This document shows, piece by piece, positions 28,620 through 41,470 of a stretch of DNA of 64,000 nt; the first letter of the stretch is position 1, and every line of letters starts with the position of its first letter. The DNA is from Geopsychrobacteraceae bacterium (GTDB taxonomy: Bacteria; Desulfobacterota; Desulfuromonadia; Desulfuromonadales; Geopsychrobacteraceae), in contig OY759353.1 in assembly GCA_963662315.1 (NCBI GenBank), positions 2,272,001-2,336,000 of the forward strand. Direction: 5' to 3'. The notes beneath the pieces were generated by a model. The model did no database searches. It saw only the letters and a list, made by a program, of their open reading frames with translations, and had not been told where the DNA came from. The position numbers and the translations under genes are program-made.

Positions 28620-29864
28620 ATGTCAGACTTTGATATTGCCATCCTGGTCACCGGTGACGAACTCCTTAATGGGGAAATCTCAGACACCAATACCAGCACC
28701 ATCGCTGAAATTCTGTCCCGCTACGGCTTTCATCTGCGCTGCTCGCTGGCCGTAGGTGATCAGGAAAAAGAGATTATTGCCGCCCTGAAATACCTGGCTG
28801 CTCACGTCCCGTTTGTAATTGTCACCGGCGGGCTGGGGTCCACCCGCGACGATCTGACCGCACGCGCGGCCGCACGCGCCTTCAATCAGCCCCAGGTGAT
28901 TAATGATGTCGCCATGGATATGGTTCGCGACTGGTTTTCTTCGCGCAACCGCACTATGGAACCGAGCAATGAAAGACAGGCCCTCCTGCCACAGTGGGCT
29001 ATCCCGATTGCCAACACCATTGGTACTGCGCCCGGCTTCAGTCTGCGCCACCTCAATTGCCAATTGTTTTTCCTTCCGGGCGTCCCGACAGAGATGAAAG
29101 CCATGTTTGAGGAATCGGTACTCCCCCTGCTTTTGCAGGAGATTCCCGACGTCTTCCCCCTGCAGCTGCGCACCTACAAGATTTTCGGCTTACCGGAACC
29201 ACGCATCAACCGGATGATCCCGTACGCTGATCTGCCGAATGGGGTTGAGGTCGCTTTCAGCCTTGATTACCCCCTTGTCCACCTGAAACTGAAAGCGGAC
29301 GGAGAAGAAGCCCGGCAACGCCTCGACATCGCTGAAATGCTGATCCTCAAAGAACTGGGGCCCCACGTTATGGCGCGCGATGAGGAGACTCCCGCTGGCA
29401 GCGTTGGGGCGCTGCTAACCAGAGAGGGGCTTACCCTGTCGCTGGCGGAATCCTGTACCGGCGGTCTGTTGGCCAGTCTGTTTACCCGCCATGCTGGGGC
29501 CTCAGCATTTCTGGAACGTGGCGGAGTCACTTACGCCAATTCCGCAAAAATGAATTGGCTCGGTGTTCCACAACAGATTCTCAATCAATACGGTGCGGTC
29601 AGTGAACAGTGCGCACAAGCCATGGCCAGCGGATTGCGCCATATCAGCAAAACCGATCTGTCAATCGCTATTACCGGAATTGCCGGGCCCGATGGTGGCA
29701 GCCCGGAAAAACCGGTCGGTACGGTTTACATTGCCATGGCGACCGCAGATACCGTTCATGTCAAAGGTTATCAATTCAGTGGCAACCGCAATCAGGTTCA
29801 GCAGATGAGTGCCCATATGGCTCTGGAATGGATCCGTCGCTTTATCCTGCAAAGGCATGAATAA
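28620..29864 (+). CDS. cinA: CinA (MoCF-binding + NMN deamidase PncC domains)
   Basis: GDELLNG, TGGLG, AESCTGG, ITGIAGPDGG. Confidence 0.93.
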   Translation: MSDFDIAILVTGDELLNGEISDTNTSTIAEILSRYGFHLRCSLAVGDQEKEIIAALKYLAAHVPFVIVTGGLGSTRDDLTARAAARAFNQPQVINDVAMDMVRDWFSSRNRTMEPSNERQALLPQWAIPIANTIGTAPGFSLRHLNCQLFFLPGVPTEMKAMFEESVLPLLLQEIPDVFPLQLRTYKIFGLPEPRINRMIPYADLPNGVEVAFSLDYPLVHLKLKADGEEARQRLDIAEMLILKELGPHVMARDEETPAGSVGALLTREGLTLSLAESCTGGLLASLFTRHAGASAFLERGGVTYANSAKMNWLGVPQQILNQYGAVSEQCAQAMASGLRHISKTDLSIAITGIAGPDGGSPEKPVGTVYIAMATADTVHVKGYQFSGNRNQVQQMSAHMALEWIRRFILQRHE

Positions 29865-30098
29865 GACGGCTTTAACAACCCATGACAAAATTGCTGAAAA
29901 GTCGTAACAGCAGGAGGAATAAGAACTCGACACAAAATTGGAAAACCTTTATGATTCATGGCGGAGGGAAGCCAGCTAACCAGCAACCATAGTGACTTTC
30001 TCTGTCACACGATTACATAGACTGTATTTATCAATTTTAAGCAATTATAGATTTTCATAGTTCTCTTTTAAAACTTGTGTCATCAGCCGGAGGAATAT

Positions 30099-31130
30099 AT
30101 GTCAGACGAAAACCGCAAACGCGCCCTTGACCTTGCCATGGGGCAGATCGAAAAACAGTTCGGCAAAGGGAGCATTATGCGTCTCGGATCCGACTACCAG
30201 GTCCCAGCCGTTGAGACAATTTCTACCGGCGCCCTGAGTCTCGATCTGGCTCTGGGTGTCGGCGGGATTCCTAAAGGGCGGATTATCGAAATATTTGGTC
30301 CGGAATCCTCGGGTAAAACGACACTGGCCCTGCATATTGTTGCGGAAGTTCAGAAAAAAGGTGGCATTGCAGCTTTCGTCGACGCCGAGCATGCTCTCGA
30401 TATTCAGTATGCCCAACATCTCGGGGTTAAAGCCGACGACCTGCTCGTCAGCCAGCCCGATACGGGTGAGCAAGCCCTTGAAATTACCGAAATGTTGGTC
30501 CGCAGTGGTGCGATTGATGTGCTTGTCGTTGACTCGGTTGCCGCACTGACCCCACGGGCTGAGATCGAAGGGGAAATGGGGGACTCCCACATGGGACTGC
30601 AGGCCCGTCTCATGTCCCAGGCGTTGCGTAAGCTGACCGGTATCGTCAGCAAATCAAACTGCAGCATCATCTTCATCAACCAGATCCGTATGAAAATTGG
30701 CGTCATGTTCGGCAACCCGGAGACCACCACAGGTGGTAACGCGCTTAAATTTTATGCTTCGGTACGTCTCGACATTCGCCGCATTGCTTCACTCAAACAG
30801 GGACAGGATGTGATTGGTGGCCGGACCCGGGTTAAGGTTGTAAAAAATAAAGTGGCACCGCCTTTTAAACAGGCTGAATTTGATATTATGTATGGGACAG
30901 GCATTTCCCGCGAAGGGGATGTTCTTGATCTTGGCGTCGACAACGATATTGTTGAAAAGAGTGGCTCATGGTTCTCCTACAAAGGGGAACGGGTTGGCCA
31001 GGGGCGTGAAAACGCGAAGCAGTTTCTGCGTGAAAACCCTGACACAACAAATGAAATTGAAGCGGCACTGCGTGATCTTTACGGCATTGGTGCCGGCAAG
31101 ATGTCTTCATCCGATGACTCTGAAGACTGA
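30099..31130 (+). CDS. recA: Recombinase A
   Basis: [25 protein letters not shown]. Confidence 0.99.
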   Translation: MSDENRKRALDLAMGQIEKQFGKGSIMRLGSDYQVPAVETISTGALSLDLALGVGGIPKGRIIEIFGPESSGKTTLALHIVAEVQKKGGIAAFVDAEHALDIQYAQHLGVKADDLLVSQPDTGEQALEITEMLVRSGAIDVLVVDSVAALTPRAEIEGEMGDSHMGLQARLMSQALRKLTGIVSKSNCSIIFINQIRMKIGVMFGNPETTTGGNALKFYASVRLDIRRIASLKQGQDVIGGRTRVKVVKNKVAPPFKQAEFDIMYGTGISREGDVLDLGVDNDIVEKSGSWFSYKGERVGQGRENAKQFLRENPDTTNEIEAALRDLYGIGAGKMSSSDDSED

Positions 31131-31202
31131 CCCGCTTGCAGATCGACGTCAACCGACAACGGGCTTACGCTAATTAACTGAAAAGTACAACAGGGTGGAA
31201 AT

Positions 31203-32390
31203 ATGAATCTGAACGACATTCTGGCCATGGCGCTCAAATCTAACACTTCGGATATCCACATCAAGGCTGGGCTTCCCCCCGTCTTCAGGATTGATGGTAC
31301 GTTACGACCGGTTCCGAAATGTCCACGCCTGACGGCCGAAGCCGTACGCAGTATGTGCGAAGGGATCATGAGCGATCGCCAACGCTCTAAATTTGACGAG
31401 GTTGGAGAAATCGACCTGGCCTATGGCGTTCCCGGTCTGGGACGTTTCCGGGTCAATGTGTTCCTGCAGCGCAATACGGTCTCTGCCGTTTTCAGGGTCA
31501 TCCCGTTCAAAGTTGCCACCCTTGATGATCTGCTCATGCCGCAGGTCCTGAAAAAGATTGCCCAGGAACAACGCGGACTGGTCCTGGTTACCGGTGCGAC
31601 CGGTTCCGGCAAGTCGACGACACTGGCTGCCATGATCGACCATATCAACAGTCAGCGGACAGCTCATATCGTCACGGTTGAAGACCCGATTGAATACCTG
31701 CACCGTGATCGTAAATGTATCATCAATCAGCGAGAAGTCGGTTTTGACACCGTCGGTTTTGCCCCGGCGCTGAAGAGTGCTCTGCGCCAGGATCCTGACG
31801 TTATTCTGGTCGGCGAGATGCGCGACCTGGAAACGGCAGAAACTGCCCTGGCCGCTGCAGAGACCGGCCACCTGGTGTTGTCGACCCTGCACACCATCGA
31901 CGCTCCGGAAACCATTACGCGGATCATTTCCATGTTCCCCCCCCATCAGCAGCGACATATCCGCCTGCAGTTAGCCAATGTCCTTAAAGGGGTTATCTCC
32001 CAGCGCCTGATTCCGCGCAGTGAGGGCCAGGGGCGGGTTGCCGCCGTTGAAGTCATGATATCGACCGCCCGCGTTCGCGAACTGATTGATGATCGGGAAA
32101 AGACTGTCCACTTGAAAGATGCCATCGCCCAGGGCTACACAACCTATGGCATGCAATCTTTTGACCAGGCGCTGATGGATCTGGTCAAACGTGACGTCAT
32201 CACCTACGAAGAAGCTGTACGGCAAAGTTCAAACCCGGATGATTTCAAACTTAAATTCTCCGGTATCGATTCCACTTCGGACACGTCGTGGAGTGATTTC
32301 GAACGCGGTAAAGAAGAGGAAGAAAAACTGTCAGCATTACCGACTGAAGGGCTTGAAAACGGTGGCAAAGTCCAAATCGAACGCTTCTGA
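31203..32390 (+). CDS. pilT: Type IV pilus retraction ATPase PilT family
   Basis: SDIH, GATGSGKSTT, EDPIE, ALRQDPD, GEMRD, STLHT, GMQ. Confidence 0.92.
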   Translation: MNLNDILAMALKSNTSDIHIKAGLPPVFRIDGTLRPVPKCPRLTAEAVRSMCEGIMSDRQRSKFDEVGEIDLAYGVPGLGRFRVNVFLQRNTVSAVFRVIPFKVATLDDLLMPQVLKKIAQEQRGLVLVTGATGSGKSTTLAAMIDHINSQRTAHIVTVEDPIEYLHRDRKCIINQREVGFDTVGFAPALKSALRQDPDVILVGEMRDLETAETALAAAETGHLVLSTLHTIDAPETITRIISMFPPHQQRHIRLQLANVLKGVISQRLIPRSEGQGRVAAVEVMISTARVRELIDDREKTVHLKDAIAQGYTTYGMQSFDQALMDLVKRDVITYEEAVRQSSNPDDFKLKFSGIDSTSDTSWSDFERGKEEEEKLSALPTEGLENGGKVQIERF

Positions 32391-32838
32391 CCCTTTTGCC
32401 TCTGCGTTACGGCTGCTATCCAGCCGCGATATGAGTGAAGCCGAACTGCGCCGCAAGCTGGCCAGGTTCGGCTTTTCGACACATGAAATCGATGATGCCG
32501 TCAGCAAATGTCGCGAATATGACTATCTCGATGATCAGCGCTATGCCCTGTTGCGCGCCCGCAGTCTGGCCCAGAGTGGTAAAGGCGTCGGTCGGAAAAT
32601 AGTTCTGGACCTGAAGCAGCGCGGCATCGATGAAACGACCGCCTGCCAAGCTCTTGAGAAAATAGCCATAGAAACACCACCCGAACAGGTCATGCGTGAT
32701 TTGCTTGAGCGGCGCTTCAGCAATTTTAATTATCACCAGGCTGAAGACCGTGAACGCCGCCGTGTGGTTGGCTATCTGCTACGCCGCGGTTTTTCCCTGG
32801 ACCTGATCTTCAGTGTCCTGCGTGACACGAGAGATTAG
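32362..32838 (+). CDS. recX: Regulatory protein RecX
   Basis: ALRLLSSRDMSEAELRRKL, YLDDQRYA, YLLRRGFS; start probably overlaps the pilT end (uncertain). Confidence 0.88.
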   Translation: MAKSKSNASDPFASALRLLSSRDMSEAELRRKLARFGFSTHEIDDAVSKCREYDYLDDQRYALLRARSLAQSGKGVGRKIVLDLKQRGIDETTACQALEKIAIETPPEQVMRDLLERRFSNFNYHQAEDRERRRVVGYLLRRGFSLDLIFSVLRDTRD

Positions 32839-33947
32839 TCTATCGTGGAATCGGTGTAACTCTTCAGTTCTCCCAGGAAGAAAATCCCCGGATCAGTTTC
32901 AAACCCGTCATTGACATTTTCCTGCAGCGTTGAACGATCAATGTCCAAATCGCCCGTACGATCGTTGCTGACAAAAAAGATGGCGCCGCCCCCCTCGACC
33001 GCATAGTTATGAGTTATGTCACTACCACAGATATGCAGGGTAAAATCATTTCCGTCGTTATAGATAGCTCCACCACTACCGCCACCTGGAGTCCCTGGCC
33101 TGGCCGGATTGGCACCATAGCCGATTGCCTGGTTGTAACTAAGCAAGCTGTTAATAATTGTAAATGAGACACCGATGCTGCTGAGTGCCCCACCATTGGA
33201 ACCGATATTGCCCAGATCAGGTTGCCCGCCAAAGACAGAATTCACCACATACACCGGCATATTGTCATATTGGCTCAAGACCCTTAGCGCCGCACCACCA
33301 ACATCCGCGCCATCTTCATCACAGAAGTTGTTAAAAAAACGGCTGTTAAATATTTTGAAACGTCCCCCACGCACAAATATGGCTCCACCGCCAGCGGGAG
33401 TGTCGCCAACCGATGCACCGTTGATAAAGGTCAGGTTCTGTACCGTAAGGCGCGGATGATCCTGATTTTGACAGTGATCTGTCGTCCAGATCTGATCTTG
33501 GTCACAGGTGTTCATATAGAGGATCCGCCGTGTCCCGCCTCCATCAAGCGTCACCAGGCCACCACCGTCGATCACAATGTCAGGCCCGGTGTTGTTAACG
33601 ACTTTAGCCGTTTCTTCAAGGGTAATGACTACCGGGTCCGGCCCACAGTTAAATGTGATAATCCCCCCGCCAGCAACAGCAGTTACAACAGCCGCACTGG
33701 TACAGCTCTCCGGCGTTCCGTTACCGATTACCTGATCAGCGTTACTGGTGTCTAGCGCTCTGGCTGCAGCCGGAACCGCACAAGTCTGAGCGGCGTTGCC
33801 AACAACAGGCCAATCATCCGCATAGGAAATAATTTCAACTGCCGCCCCCTCCGTCCCGGAGTTGCTGGACGAGCTCCCTCCACAACCATACTGAAAAAGC
33901 AGAAGAAATCCGCAAAAGATTATAAATAAAGACGGGATAGTTTTCAT
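32835..33947 (-). CDS. Putative lipoprotein with right-handed beta-helix (GGA(I/L) repeats)
   Basis: Signal peptide ending QYG-C, Ser/Gly linker, repeated GGGAI/GGAL/FxNN motifs. Confidence 0.7.
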   Translation of the reverse strand: MKTIPSLFIIFCGFLLLFQYGCGGSSSSNSGTEGAAVEIISYADDWPVVGNAAQTCAVPAAARALDTSNADQVIGNGTPESCTSAAVVTAVAGGGIITFNCGPDPVVITLEETAKVVNNTGPDIVIDGGGLVTLDGGGTRRILYMNTCDQDQIWTTDHCQNQDHPRLTVQNLTFINGASVGDTPAGGGAIFVRGGRFKIFNSRFFNNFCDEDGADVGGAALRVLSQYDNMPVYVVNSVFGGQPDLGNIGSNGGALSSIGVSFTIINSLLSYNQAIGYGANPARPGTPGGGSGGAIYNDGNDFTLHICGSDITHNYAVEGGGAIFFVSNDRTGDLDIDRSTLQENVNDGFETDPGIFFLGELKSYTDSTID

Positions 33948-34479
33948 GGCAGCCTTCTTTTCATTTAGGTGGATACGTAGCGAGCCCAAAGGCTGCTAGC
34001 GCACCGTGCTTTACATTTAATGTTGGAAGAGTTGGTATTCAGAAAGGAAACACACAAAGCAGAAACAGCATGCCAACCCCCCACCGACTTAGGACAGTCT
34101 AGCAGGTTCGCAGAAATTGGCAACATTTCGCTTACCAAACGTAAGTCCATCTATTTTCGGCGGGTCCAAAAAAATCAATAGTTTTCCATATCTCTACTCT
34201 CAGCACCTGATGATCTAGCAAGTCAAAAAACACATGCTGACAAAAAAGGATAACATTAAGGACCAATATATAGAACAAACACGGAATGGCAGAAGTATCC
34301 AATCAGAAAGACCTGAACATAAGAAGCATTATCAGGATTTTCAGACATGGCTGAGCTCCTGCCGACAAAATCCTTTTCAATCAAGGCCAATTCATATTAT
34401 CATCCCGTGTTTAACTGCGTCTGATTCATTATTTTGAATGATCTTATATACAAATCTGGATTAAGAAAGGTCTGCAGCC

Positions 34480-37119
34480 ATGCTCACTGGTAATGAAATT
34501 CGTGCCCGTTTCCTCAAGTTTTTTGAAGATAAGGGGCATACTGTTGTGTCATCATCATCCCTGGTCCCCCATAACGATCCAACCCTGCTGTTTACCAACG
34601 CCGGGATGAATCAGTTCAAAGACTGCTTTTTGGGGGCCGAAAAACGCGCTTATGTGCGTGCGACAACATCACAGAAATGTGTCAGGGCTGGTGGCAAGCA
34701 CAACGACCTTGAGAATGTTGGCCGTACCGCACGCCACCACACTTTTTTCGAAATGCTGGGGAACTTTTCCTTCGGTGACTATTTTAAAAAAGATGCGATC
34801 GCTTTCGCCTGGTCGTTCCTGACAGAAGATCTCAAACTGGATAAAGAGCGTCTCTATGTTTCGGTTTATACCGATGATGATGAGGCTGCCGATATCTGGC
34901 ACAACCAGGAAGGGGTGCCACGCGAACGCATTTTCCGCTTTGAAGAAGACAATTTCTGGCAGATGGGCGATACCGGTCCCTGCGGTCCCTGTTCTGAAAT
35001 TTTCTATGATAATGGCCCCGAAGTCGGCTGTGGCTCTCCTGAGTGTACGGTCGGCTGTGACTGTGACCGCTACATGGAGATCTGGAACAACGTCTTTATG
35101 CAGTTTGACCGGCAGCCCGATGGTGAGCTGATCCCCCTGCCAAAGCCGGCAGTCGATACAGGTATGGGATTGGAACGGATCACCACTGTCATGCAGGGGG
35201 TTCAGTCCAACTATGATACCGATCTGCTACGCAACATCATCAGTTATATTGAAACCCTGTCCGGCAAGACCTACGGAAAAGACGACGACAATGATGTATC
35301 GATGCGGGTGATGGCGGACCACAGCCGTGCCACAGCCTACCTGATTGCCGATGGCGTCATGCCCAGCAACGAAGGGCGTGGCTATGTCCTGCGCCGTATC
35401 ATGCGCCGGGCGATGCGCCATGCAAAAATGCTCGGTTTTGAAGATCCGGTCCTGTACAAAACCTCAGTCTTTGTCCTTGACGCCATGTCCACGGCCTATC
35501 CGGAAGAGGCCGGCCGTAAAGATTTTGTCGCCAAAGTGGTCCAGAACGAAGAGGAACGCTTTATCCAAACGCTGGGGAACGGTCTGCGTATCCTTCAGGA
35601 AGAGATTGCCGGCCTGTCTGCCGGCGGCAATAAAACCATACCGGGGGAGACGGTTTTCAAACTCTATGACACCTATGGGTTCCCCCTTGACCTGACCGCC
35701 GACATCGTCGAAAAGGACGGCTTCAGCCTTGATGAGGAAGGCTTTGAAGCATGCATGGAAGAGCAACGCGCCAAAGCTCGTGAGCACTGGAAAGGCTCTG
35801 GAGAAGAAGCCATATCCGGCATTTACAAGAAGCTGGTCGATGACGGTATCAAAACCACCTTCAGCGGCTATCAGAACAACGAAGATCAGGGAGAAATTAT
35901 CGCCATCATCCGTCAGGGTGAACTGGTTGAAGAAGCGGCCTGCGGTGAAAAAGTTGAAATTGTCACCTCAACAACCCCCTGCTACGGTGAATCGGGTGGC
36001 CAGGTCGGAGATACCGGCAGCATGACCACTGGCAACGCAACAGTAACAATCAATGATACAAAAAAACCGCTTCCCGATCTGTTTGTCCACCATTGTGAAA
36101 TTGTCACCGGCGCGCTTAAAATCGCCGATATCGCAGCCATCAAGGTTGATCGTGAGCGACGCCAGCGCATCGTCATCAACCATACGGCAACCCACCTGCT
36201 GCAGGCCGCCTTGCAGAAACACCTCGGCAACCATATAAAGCAGGCCGGCTCGCTGGTAACTCCTGAACGGCTGCGTTTTGATTTTACCCATTTTTCACCG
36301 GTCACCACGGCCGAACTGATGACCATTGAAGCAGAGGTTAACAGCCAGATCCGCCACAATGCTGAGGTCGTCAGCCAACTGATGTCTGCGGACGAAGCAA
36401 AGCAATCGGGCGCTATGGCACTGTTCGGTGAAAAGTACGGTGACGAAGTCAGGGTGATTTCCGTTGGCGATTATAGCAAAGAATTGTGTGGTGGCACTCA
36501 TGCCGCCGCCGCTGGCGATATCGGCTTGTTCCGGATCCTGAGTGAGGGGGGGATCGCAGCCGGAGTTCGGCGCATTGAAGCAGTAACCGGTGAAGCCGCC
36601 CTTGGGTTAGTCCATCAGCAGCAGAAAGCCCTGCAACGCTTGGCGGATCTGGTCAAAAGCGACCCACAACAGCTGGAAATGCGTATCCAGAAAATGGTCG
36701 AGCATCAGAAAGAACTCGAGAAGGAAGTTGAGCAACTGCACACTAAACTGAATGCCGAGCGCAGCAATGAATTGCTCAACCAGCTTCAGGATATCGACGG
36801 TGTCAAACTGTTAGCAGTTAAAGTTCCGGGAGTCGATGGTAAGGGCCTACGTGATTTTTCAGACCAGCTGCGCGATAAAGTTGGCTCCGGGGTTCTGGTT
36901 CTCGTTGCGGATAGTGATGGTAAAGTTGCTCTGCTGGTGGCCGTAACCAAAGACCTTATCCCACGCGTCAAAGCCGGCGACCTGATCAAACCTCTCGCTG
37001 CTATTGTTGGCGGCCGTGGTGGTGGTAAGCCGGAGCTGGCTCAGGCAGGAGGCTCTGAACCCGCCAAAATAGGCGCTCTGCTTCAGGCGGCTCCAGAGCA
37101 GCTGAAGCAACTACTTTAA
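34480..37119 (+). CDS. alaS: Alanine--tRNA ligase
   Basis: [43 protein letters not shown]. Confidence 0.99.
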   Translation: MLTGNEIRARFLKFFEDKGHTVVSSSSLVPHNDPTLLFTNAGMNQFKDCFLGAEKRAYVRATTSQKCVRAGGKHNDLENVGRTARHHTFFEMLGNFSFGDYFKKDAIAFAWSFLTEDLKLDKERLYVSVYTDDDEAADIWHNQEGVPRERIFRFEEDNFWQMGDTGPCGPCSEIFYDNGPEVGCGSPECTVGCDCDRYMEIWNNVFMQFDRQPDGELIPLPKPAVDTGMGLERITTVMQGVQSNYDTDLLRNIISYIETLSGKTYGKDDDNDVSMRVMADHSRATAYLIADGVMPSNEGRGYVLRRIMRRAMRHAKMLGFEDPVLYKTSVFVLDAMSTAYPEEAGRKDFVAKVVQNEEERFIQTLGNGLRILQEEIAGLSAGGNKTIPGETVFKLYDTYGFPLDLTADIVEKDGFSLDEEGFEACMEEQRAKAREHWKGSGEEAISGIYKKLVDDGIKTTFSGYQNNEDQGEIIAIIRQGELVEEAACGEKVEIVTSTTPCYGESGGQVGDTGSMTTGNATVTINDTKKPLPDLFVHHCEIVTGALKIADIAAIKVDRERRQRIVINHTATHLLQAALQKHLGNHIKQAGSLVTPERLRFDFTHFSPVTTAELMTIEAEVNSQIRHNAEVVSQLMSADEAKQSGAMALFGEKYGDEVRVISVGDYSKELCGGTHAAAAGDIGLFRILSEGGIAAGVRRIEAVTGEAALGLVHQQQKALQRLADLVKSDPQQLEMRIQKMVEHQKELEKEVEQLHTKLNAERSNELLNQLQDIDGVKLLAVKVPGVDGKGLRDFSDQLRDKVGSGVLVLVADSDGKVALLVAVTKDLIPRVKAGDLIKPLAAIVGGRGGGKPELAQAGGSEPAKIGALLQAAPEQLKQLL

Positions 37120-37138
37120 ATCACTCCAGCAGTACTGA

Positions 37139-37180
37139 GAATCCTGGCCTGCCCCATTGCCCGCAGGCCGGGATTTTTTT
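37139..37180 (+). terminator. Intrinsic terminator after alaS
   Basis: atcctggcctgc...gcaggccgggat followed by T-run. Confidence 0.75.
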
Positions 37181-37293
37181 ATATGAAATCGCATCGTCCT
37201 CAGAAAAAAATTATTGAGTTGTTATACTTGATAGCAACTCAAAGCAAGACGCTTTGAAAAGCAAACCCCAAGGAACCAGTCAAGGCATAAGCA

Positions 37294-38406
37294 ATGATCA
37301 ACAATCTCTTTAACAACACCAGCCGAAAAACCATTCTTATTGTCGATGACGAGCCCATTGTGCGCGAATTGTGCGCCAGTGCCCTTTACACCCATAACAC
37401 CCTGCTTGCTGCCGATGGCGATGAGGCCCTGAAGACCCTGGCCAATATCGAGGTCGACCTGATCCTTTGTGATGTCGTCATGCCAAATACCGGAGGTCTG
37501 GAATTACTCAGCAAAGTTCGCTCTCAGCGCCCTGATCTGGGCTTCATCCTGATGACCGGCTATTCTGACAAAGATCTTGTCCTTGAAGCCCTGAAAGAGG
37601 GAGCCGATGACTTTATCAACAAACCGATCAATATCCTGCAACTCAGCACCACAGTGAATAAAACCCTTGAAAAGCAGGAAATCCGTGAAGAATTGGCCGC
37701 CCTCAAACGGACCGACAAGCTCAAAAATGATTTTCTTGGTCTTATCTCCCACAAACTGAAAACCCCGGCAACCGCCATTTCCTTGTTTATTGAAAATATC
37801 GCGGACGGAATTGAAAGTCCCAATGACGAAAACTTTCAGCAAATGGTCACCATGGTGCAGTCAGAGATTCTCCATCTGGAACAATTGATCCAGGATCTGC
37901 TCTATTTCAGCGAAGCAACCCTCGAAGACGATAAATGCTCCCTGGAACCGACCAACCTGCGCAGCATCGCCGAACAGGTCGCCTTAGCCCTCAAGCCAAT
38001 TGCTCTGAACAACAAGATTGACTACCATATCAAACTGAATAACATACCAGAATGGCCATTAATGCTGAATTCGCAACGCACCAACTTTGCCATTCGCGCC
38101 CTGCTTGACAATGCCATCAAATTCACCCCGGCTGGCGGCAGTGTCACCATCAGCGGAGAGGTCGACAATAACTGGGTGAAGCTGCAAATCAGCGATACCG
38201 GCATCGGTATCCCGAAGCCTGAACTGGTAAAAATATTCAATAAATTTTACCAGGTAGATCCCGAGCATACCGGACAGGTCAGAGGCTTCGGCCTGGGGTT
38301 GTTCTATGCCCGCGATTTCATTCGCAGCATGTCCGGCCAATTGACTCTGCGCAGCGAACCGGAGCAAGGCACAACCGCAACGATTGAATTCCCGATCGAA
38401 CACTGA
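37294..38406 (+). CDS. Hybrid REC-histidine kinase
   Basis: IVDDE/DVVMP receiver, ISHKLKTP, DNAIKFT, DTGIGI, GFGLGL. Confidence 0.92.
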   Translation: MINNLFNNTSRKTILIVDDEPIVRELCASALYTHNTLLAADGDEALKTLANIEVDLILCDVVMPNTGGLELLSKVRSQRPDLGFILMTGYSDKDLVLEALKEGADDFINKPINILQLSTTVNKTLEKQEIREELAALKRTDKLKNDFLGLISHKLKTPATAISLFIENIADGIESPNDENFQQMVTMVQSEILHLEQLIQDLLYFSEATLEDDKCSLEPTNLRSIAEQVALALKPIALNNKIDYHIKLNNIPEWPLMLNSQRTNFAIRALLDNAIKFTPAGGSVTISGEVDNNWVKLQISDTGIGIPKPELVKIFNKFYQVDPEHTGQVRGFGLGLFYARDFIRSMSGQLTLRSEPEQGTTATIEFPIEH

Positions 38407-38660
38407 TTAAACCGTCATTGCAATCTGGCCTGGCAACACAAATACAGTTCCCTACGCATTTAATAGCCATCCCCTTAGACGCCTTTACGACTGCCTCAAA
38501 CGTTCCTAATACCCCCATCAGAGAGTATTATTGAAAGACCTGCACCTTTTGACAAAATAGTGCCAGATCTTTAGCAAGAATCAAATATAAGCTCTTTTTC
38601 ATCGATACTTTTTTGTGTTATGTTTCGTCTTTCCACCAATCAGACAAAGGGAGCGAAGCT

Positions 38661-39191
38661 TTGTTCAAAGGAACCACAATCTGTTGTGTCAGACACCAGG
38701 GAAAAGTCGCTCTGGCCGGAGATGGCCAGGTCAGTCTTGGCAATACGGTCATGAAACACGGTGCCCGCAAAATCCGGCGCCTTTACCAGGAAAGCGTGAT
38801 CGCCGGTTTCGCCGGCAGCACCGCCGACGCTTTTACCCTGTTTGAAAAATTTGAGGCCAAACTGCAGGAATTCAGAGGCAGCCTGCCTCGTGCAGCGGTA
38901 GCACTGGCTAAAGACTGGCGTACCGACCGGGTCCTGAGGCGCTTGGAAGCATTATTGATTGTTGCTGACAAGGATGTCACCCTGGTCATTTCCGGTGCCG
39001 GAGATGTTATTGAACCTGATGATGGTGTTGCTGCCATCGGCTCAGGGGGTAGCTTTGCACTGGCAGCAGCCCGGGCTCTGGTTGCCCATTCGGAACTGTC
39101 GGCGGATCAGATCGCCGAGAAAGCCCTGCTGATCGCTTCAGAAATCTGCATTTACACTAACGACCGGATCGCTGTTGAGGTTATCTCGTGA
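38661..39191 (+). CDS. hslV: ATP-dependent protease subunit HslV
   Basis: TTI...[23 protein letters not shown] start after GGGAG. Confidence 0.96.
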   Translation: MFKGTTICCVRHQGKVALAGDGQVSLGNTVMKHGARKIRRLYQESVIAGFAGSTADAFTLFEKFEAKLQEFRGSLPRAAVALAKDWRTDRVLRRLEALLIVADKDVTLVISGAGDVIEPDDGVAAIGSGGSFALAAARALVAHSELSADQIAEKALLIASEICIYTNDRIAVEVIS

Positions 39192-40516
39192 CAAATTTTA
39201 CCCCCAGAGAAATCGTTTCAGAACTGGATCGCTACATTATCGGTCAAAATGACGCCAAACGCGCCGTTGCCGTGGCTTTGCGTAACCGCTGGCGGCGTCA
39301 GCAGGTTCCCGAGGAACTGCGCGATGAGATCGCACCGAAGAACATCATCATGATCGGGCCGACCGGGGTTGGCAAAACGGAAATCGCCCGGCGTCTGGCC
39401 AAACTTGCTGAAGCCCCTTTCATCAAAGTTGAGGCCAGCAAATTTACCGAAGTTGGTTATGTCGGGCGTGACGTTGAAAGTATGGTGCGTGATCTTCTTG
39501 AACTGGCCATCAATATGGTCAAAGAAGAAGAAGCTCGCAAAATGCAGATTAAAGCAGAAGCCAACGCCGAAGAAAAGCTGCTCGACCTGCTCTTGCCCGG
39601 CGAAGCCGACCGTTCTCCCGACAAACAGGAACAACGCCAGCATACCCGCGACCGCCTGCGGAAATTGTTGCGCCTGGGCGAACTGGACGAACGCTTTGTT
39701 GAAATTGAAACCCAGGTCAGCAATATGCCGGCCATGGGCGTATTTACCCCGCAGGGGAATGAAGAAATGGGGATGAACATCAAAGAGATGTTCGGCAACC
39801 TGTTTCCCAAAACAACCAAGCATAAGAGAATCAAGGTCAGTGAAGCACGCCAGATTCTGATTGAAGAAGAATCGGAAAAACTGGTCGATATGGAAAATGT
39901 CGTCACCCTGGCCCGCGAACGTACCGAACAGAGCGGCATCATTTTTATTGATGAAATCGACAAGATCGCCAGTCGCGAAGGGGTTCACGGTCCGGAGGTG
40001 TCGCGAGAAGGCGTTCAGCGCGATATTTTGCCAATCGTTGAAGGAAGTACCGTCAACACCAAACATGGCTCGGTTAAAACCGACCATATCCTGTTCGTTG
40101 CAGCGGGTGCTTTTCATATGGCAAAGCCATCTGATCTGATCCCTGAGCTGCAGGGCCGTTTCCCGATCAGGGTGGAACTGGATAGCCTCAATGAGGATGA
40201 CTTTTACCGCATCCTCACTGAGCCGACGAACGCGCTGATCCGCCAATACAGGGAATTGCTCAAAACTGAAGCGATCAACCTTGAATTTGAAGATGACGCC
40301 ATCCGCGAAATTGCCCGTATTGCCAAAGCGGTGAACGACCGGACCGAGAATATCGGCGCCCGCCGCCTGCATACAATTATGGAGAAACTGCTTGAAGAGC
40401 TGTCGTTTATTGCTCCGGAGCTGGCCCAAAAAGAGATCCGCATCACCAGCGAAGAGGTCCGACGACGATTGTCAGATATCAGCCAGAATGAAGACCTGTC
40501 ACGCTACATATTATAA
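39188..40516 (+). CDS. hslU: ATP-dependent protease ATPase subunit HslU
   Basis: [32 protein letters not shown]. Confidence 0.97.
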   Translation: MTNFTPREIVSELDRYIIGQNDAKRAVAVALRNRWRRQQVPEELRDEIAPKNIIMIGPTGVGKTEIARRLAKLAEAPFIKVEASKFTEVGYVGRDVESMVRDLLELAINMVKEEEARKMQIKAEANAEEKLLDLLLPGEADRSPDKQEQRQHTRDRLRKLLRLGELDERFVEIETQVSNMPAMGVFTPQGNEEMGMNIKEMFGNLFPKTTKHKRIKVSEARQILIEEESEKLVDMENVVTLARERTEQSGIIFIDEIDKIASREGVHGPEVSREGVQRDILPIVEGSTVNTKHGSVKTDHILFVAAGAFHMAKPSDLIPELQGRFPIRVELDSLNEDDFYRILTEPTNALIRQYRELLKTEAINLEFEDDAIREIARIAKAVNDRTENIGARRLHTIMEKLLEELSFIAPELAQKEIRITSEEVRRRLSDISQNEDLSRYIL

Positions 40517-40540
40517 TTTTCTGCACTCTGCAGAGCTTAG

Positions 40541-41469
<929 letters not shown>

Positions 41470-41470
<1 letters not shown>

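Noticed and set aside
29865..30098. LexA box upstream of recA
   Set aside because: No convincing match to a known SOS box seen by eye
33990..34479. Possible riboswitch or T-box before the lipoprotein/alaS, and the 67-aa ORF 34234-34437
   Set aside because: Only short hairpins; no c-di-GMP or T-box consensus recognised; ORF lacks RBS and motifs
38540..38566. CIRCE-like inverted repeat (GCAC...GTGC) upstream of hslV
   Set aside because: Spacing is 14 nt rather than 13 and flanks match TTAGCACTC-N9-GAGTGCTAA poorly
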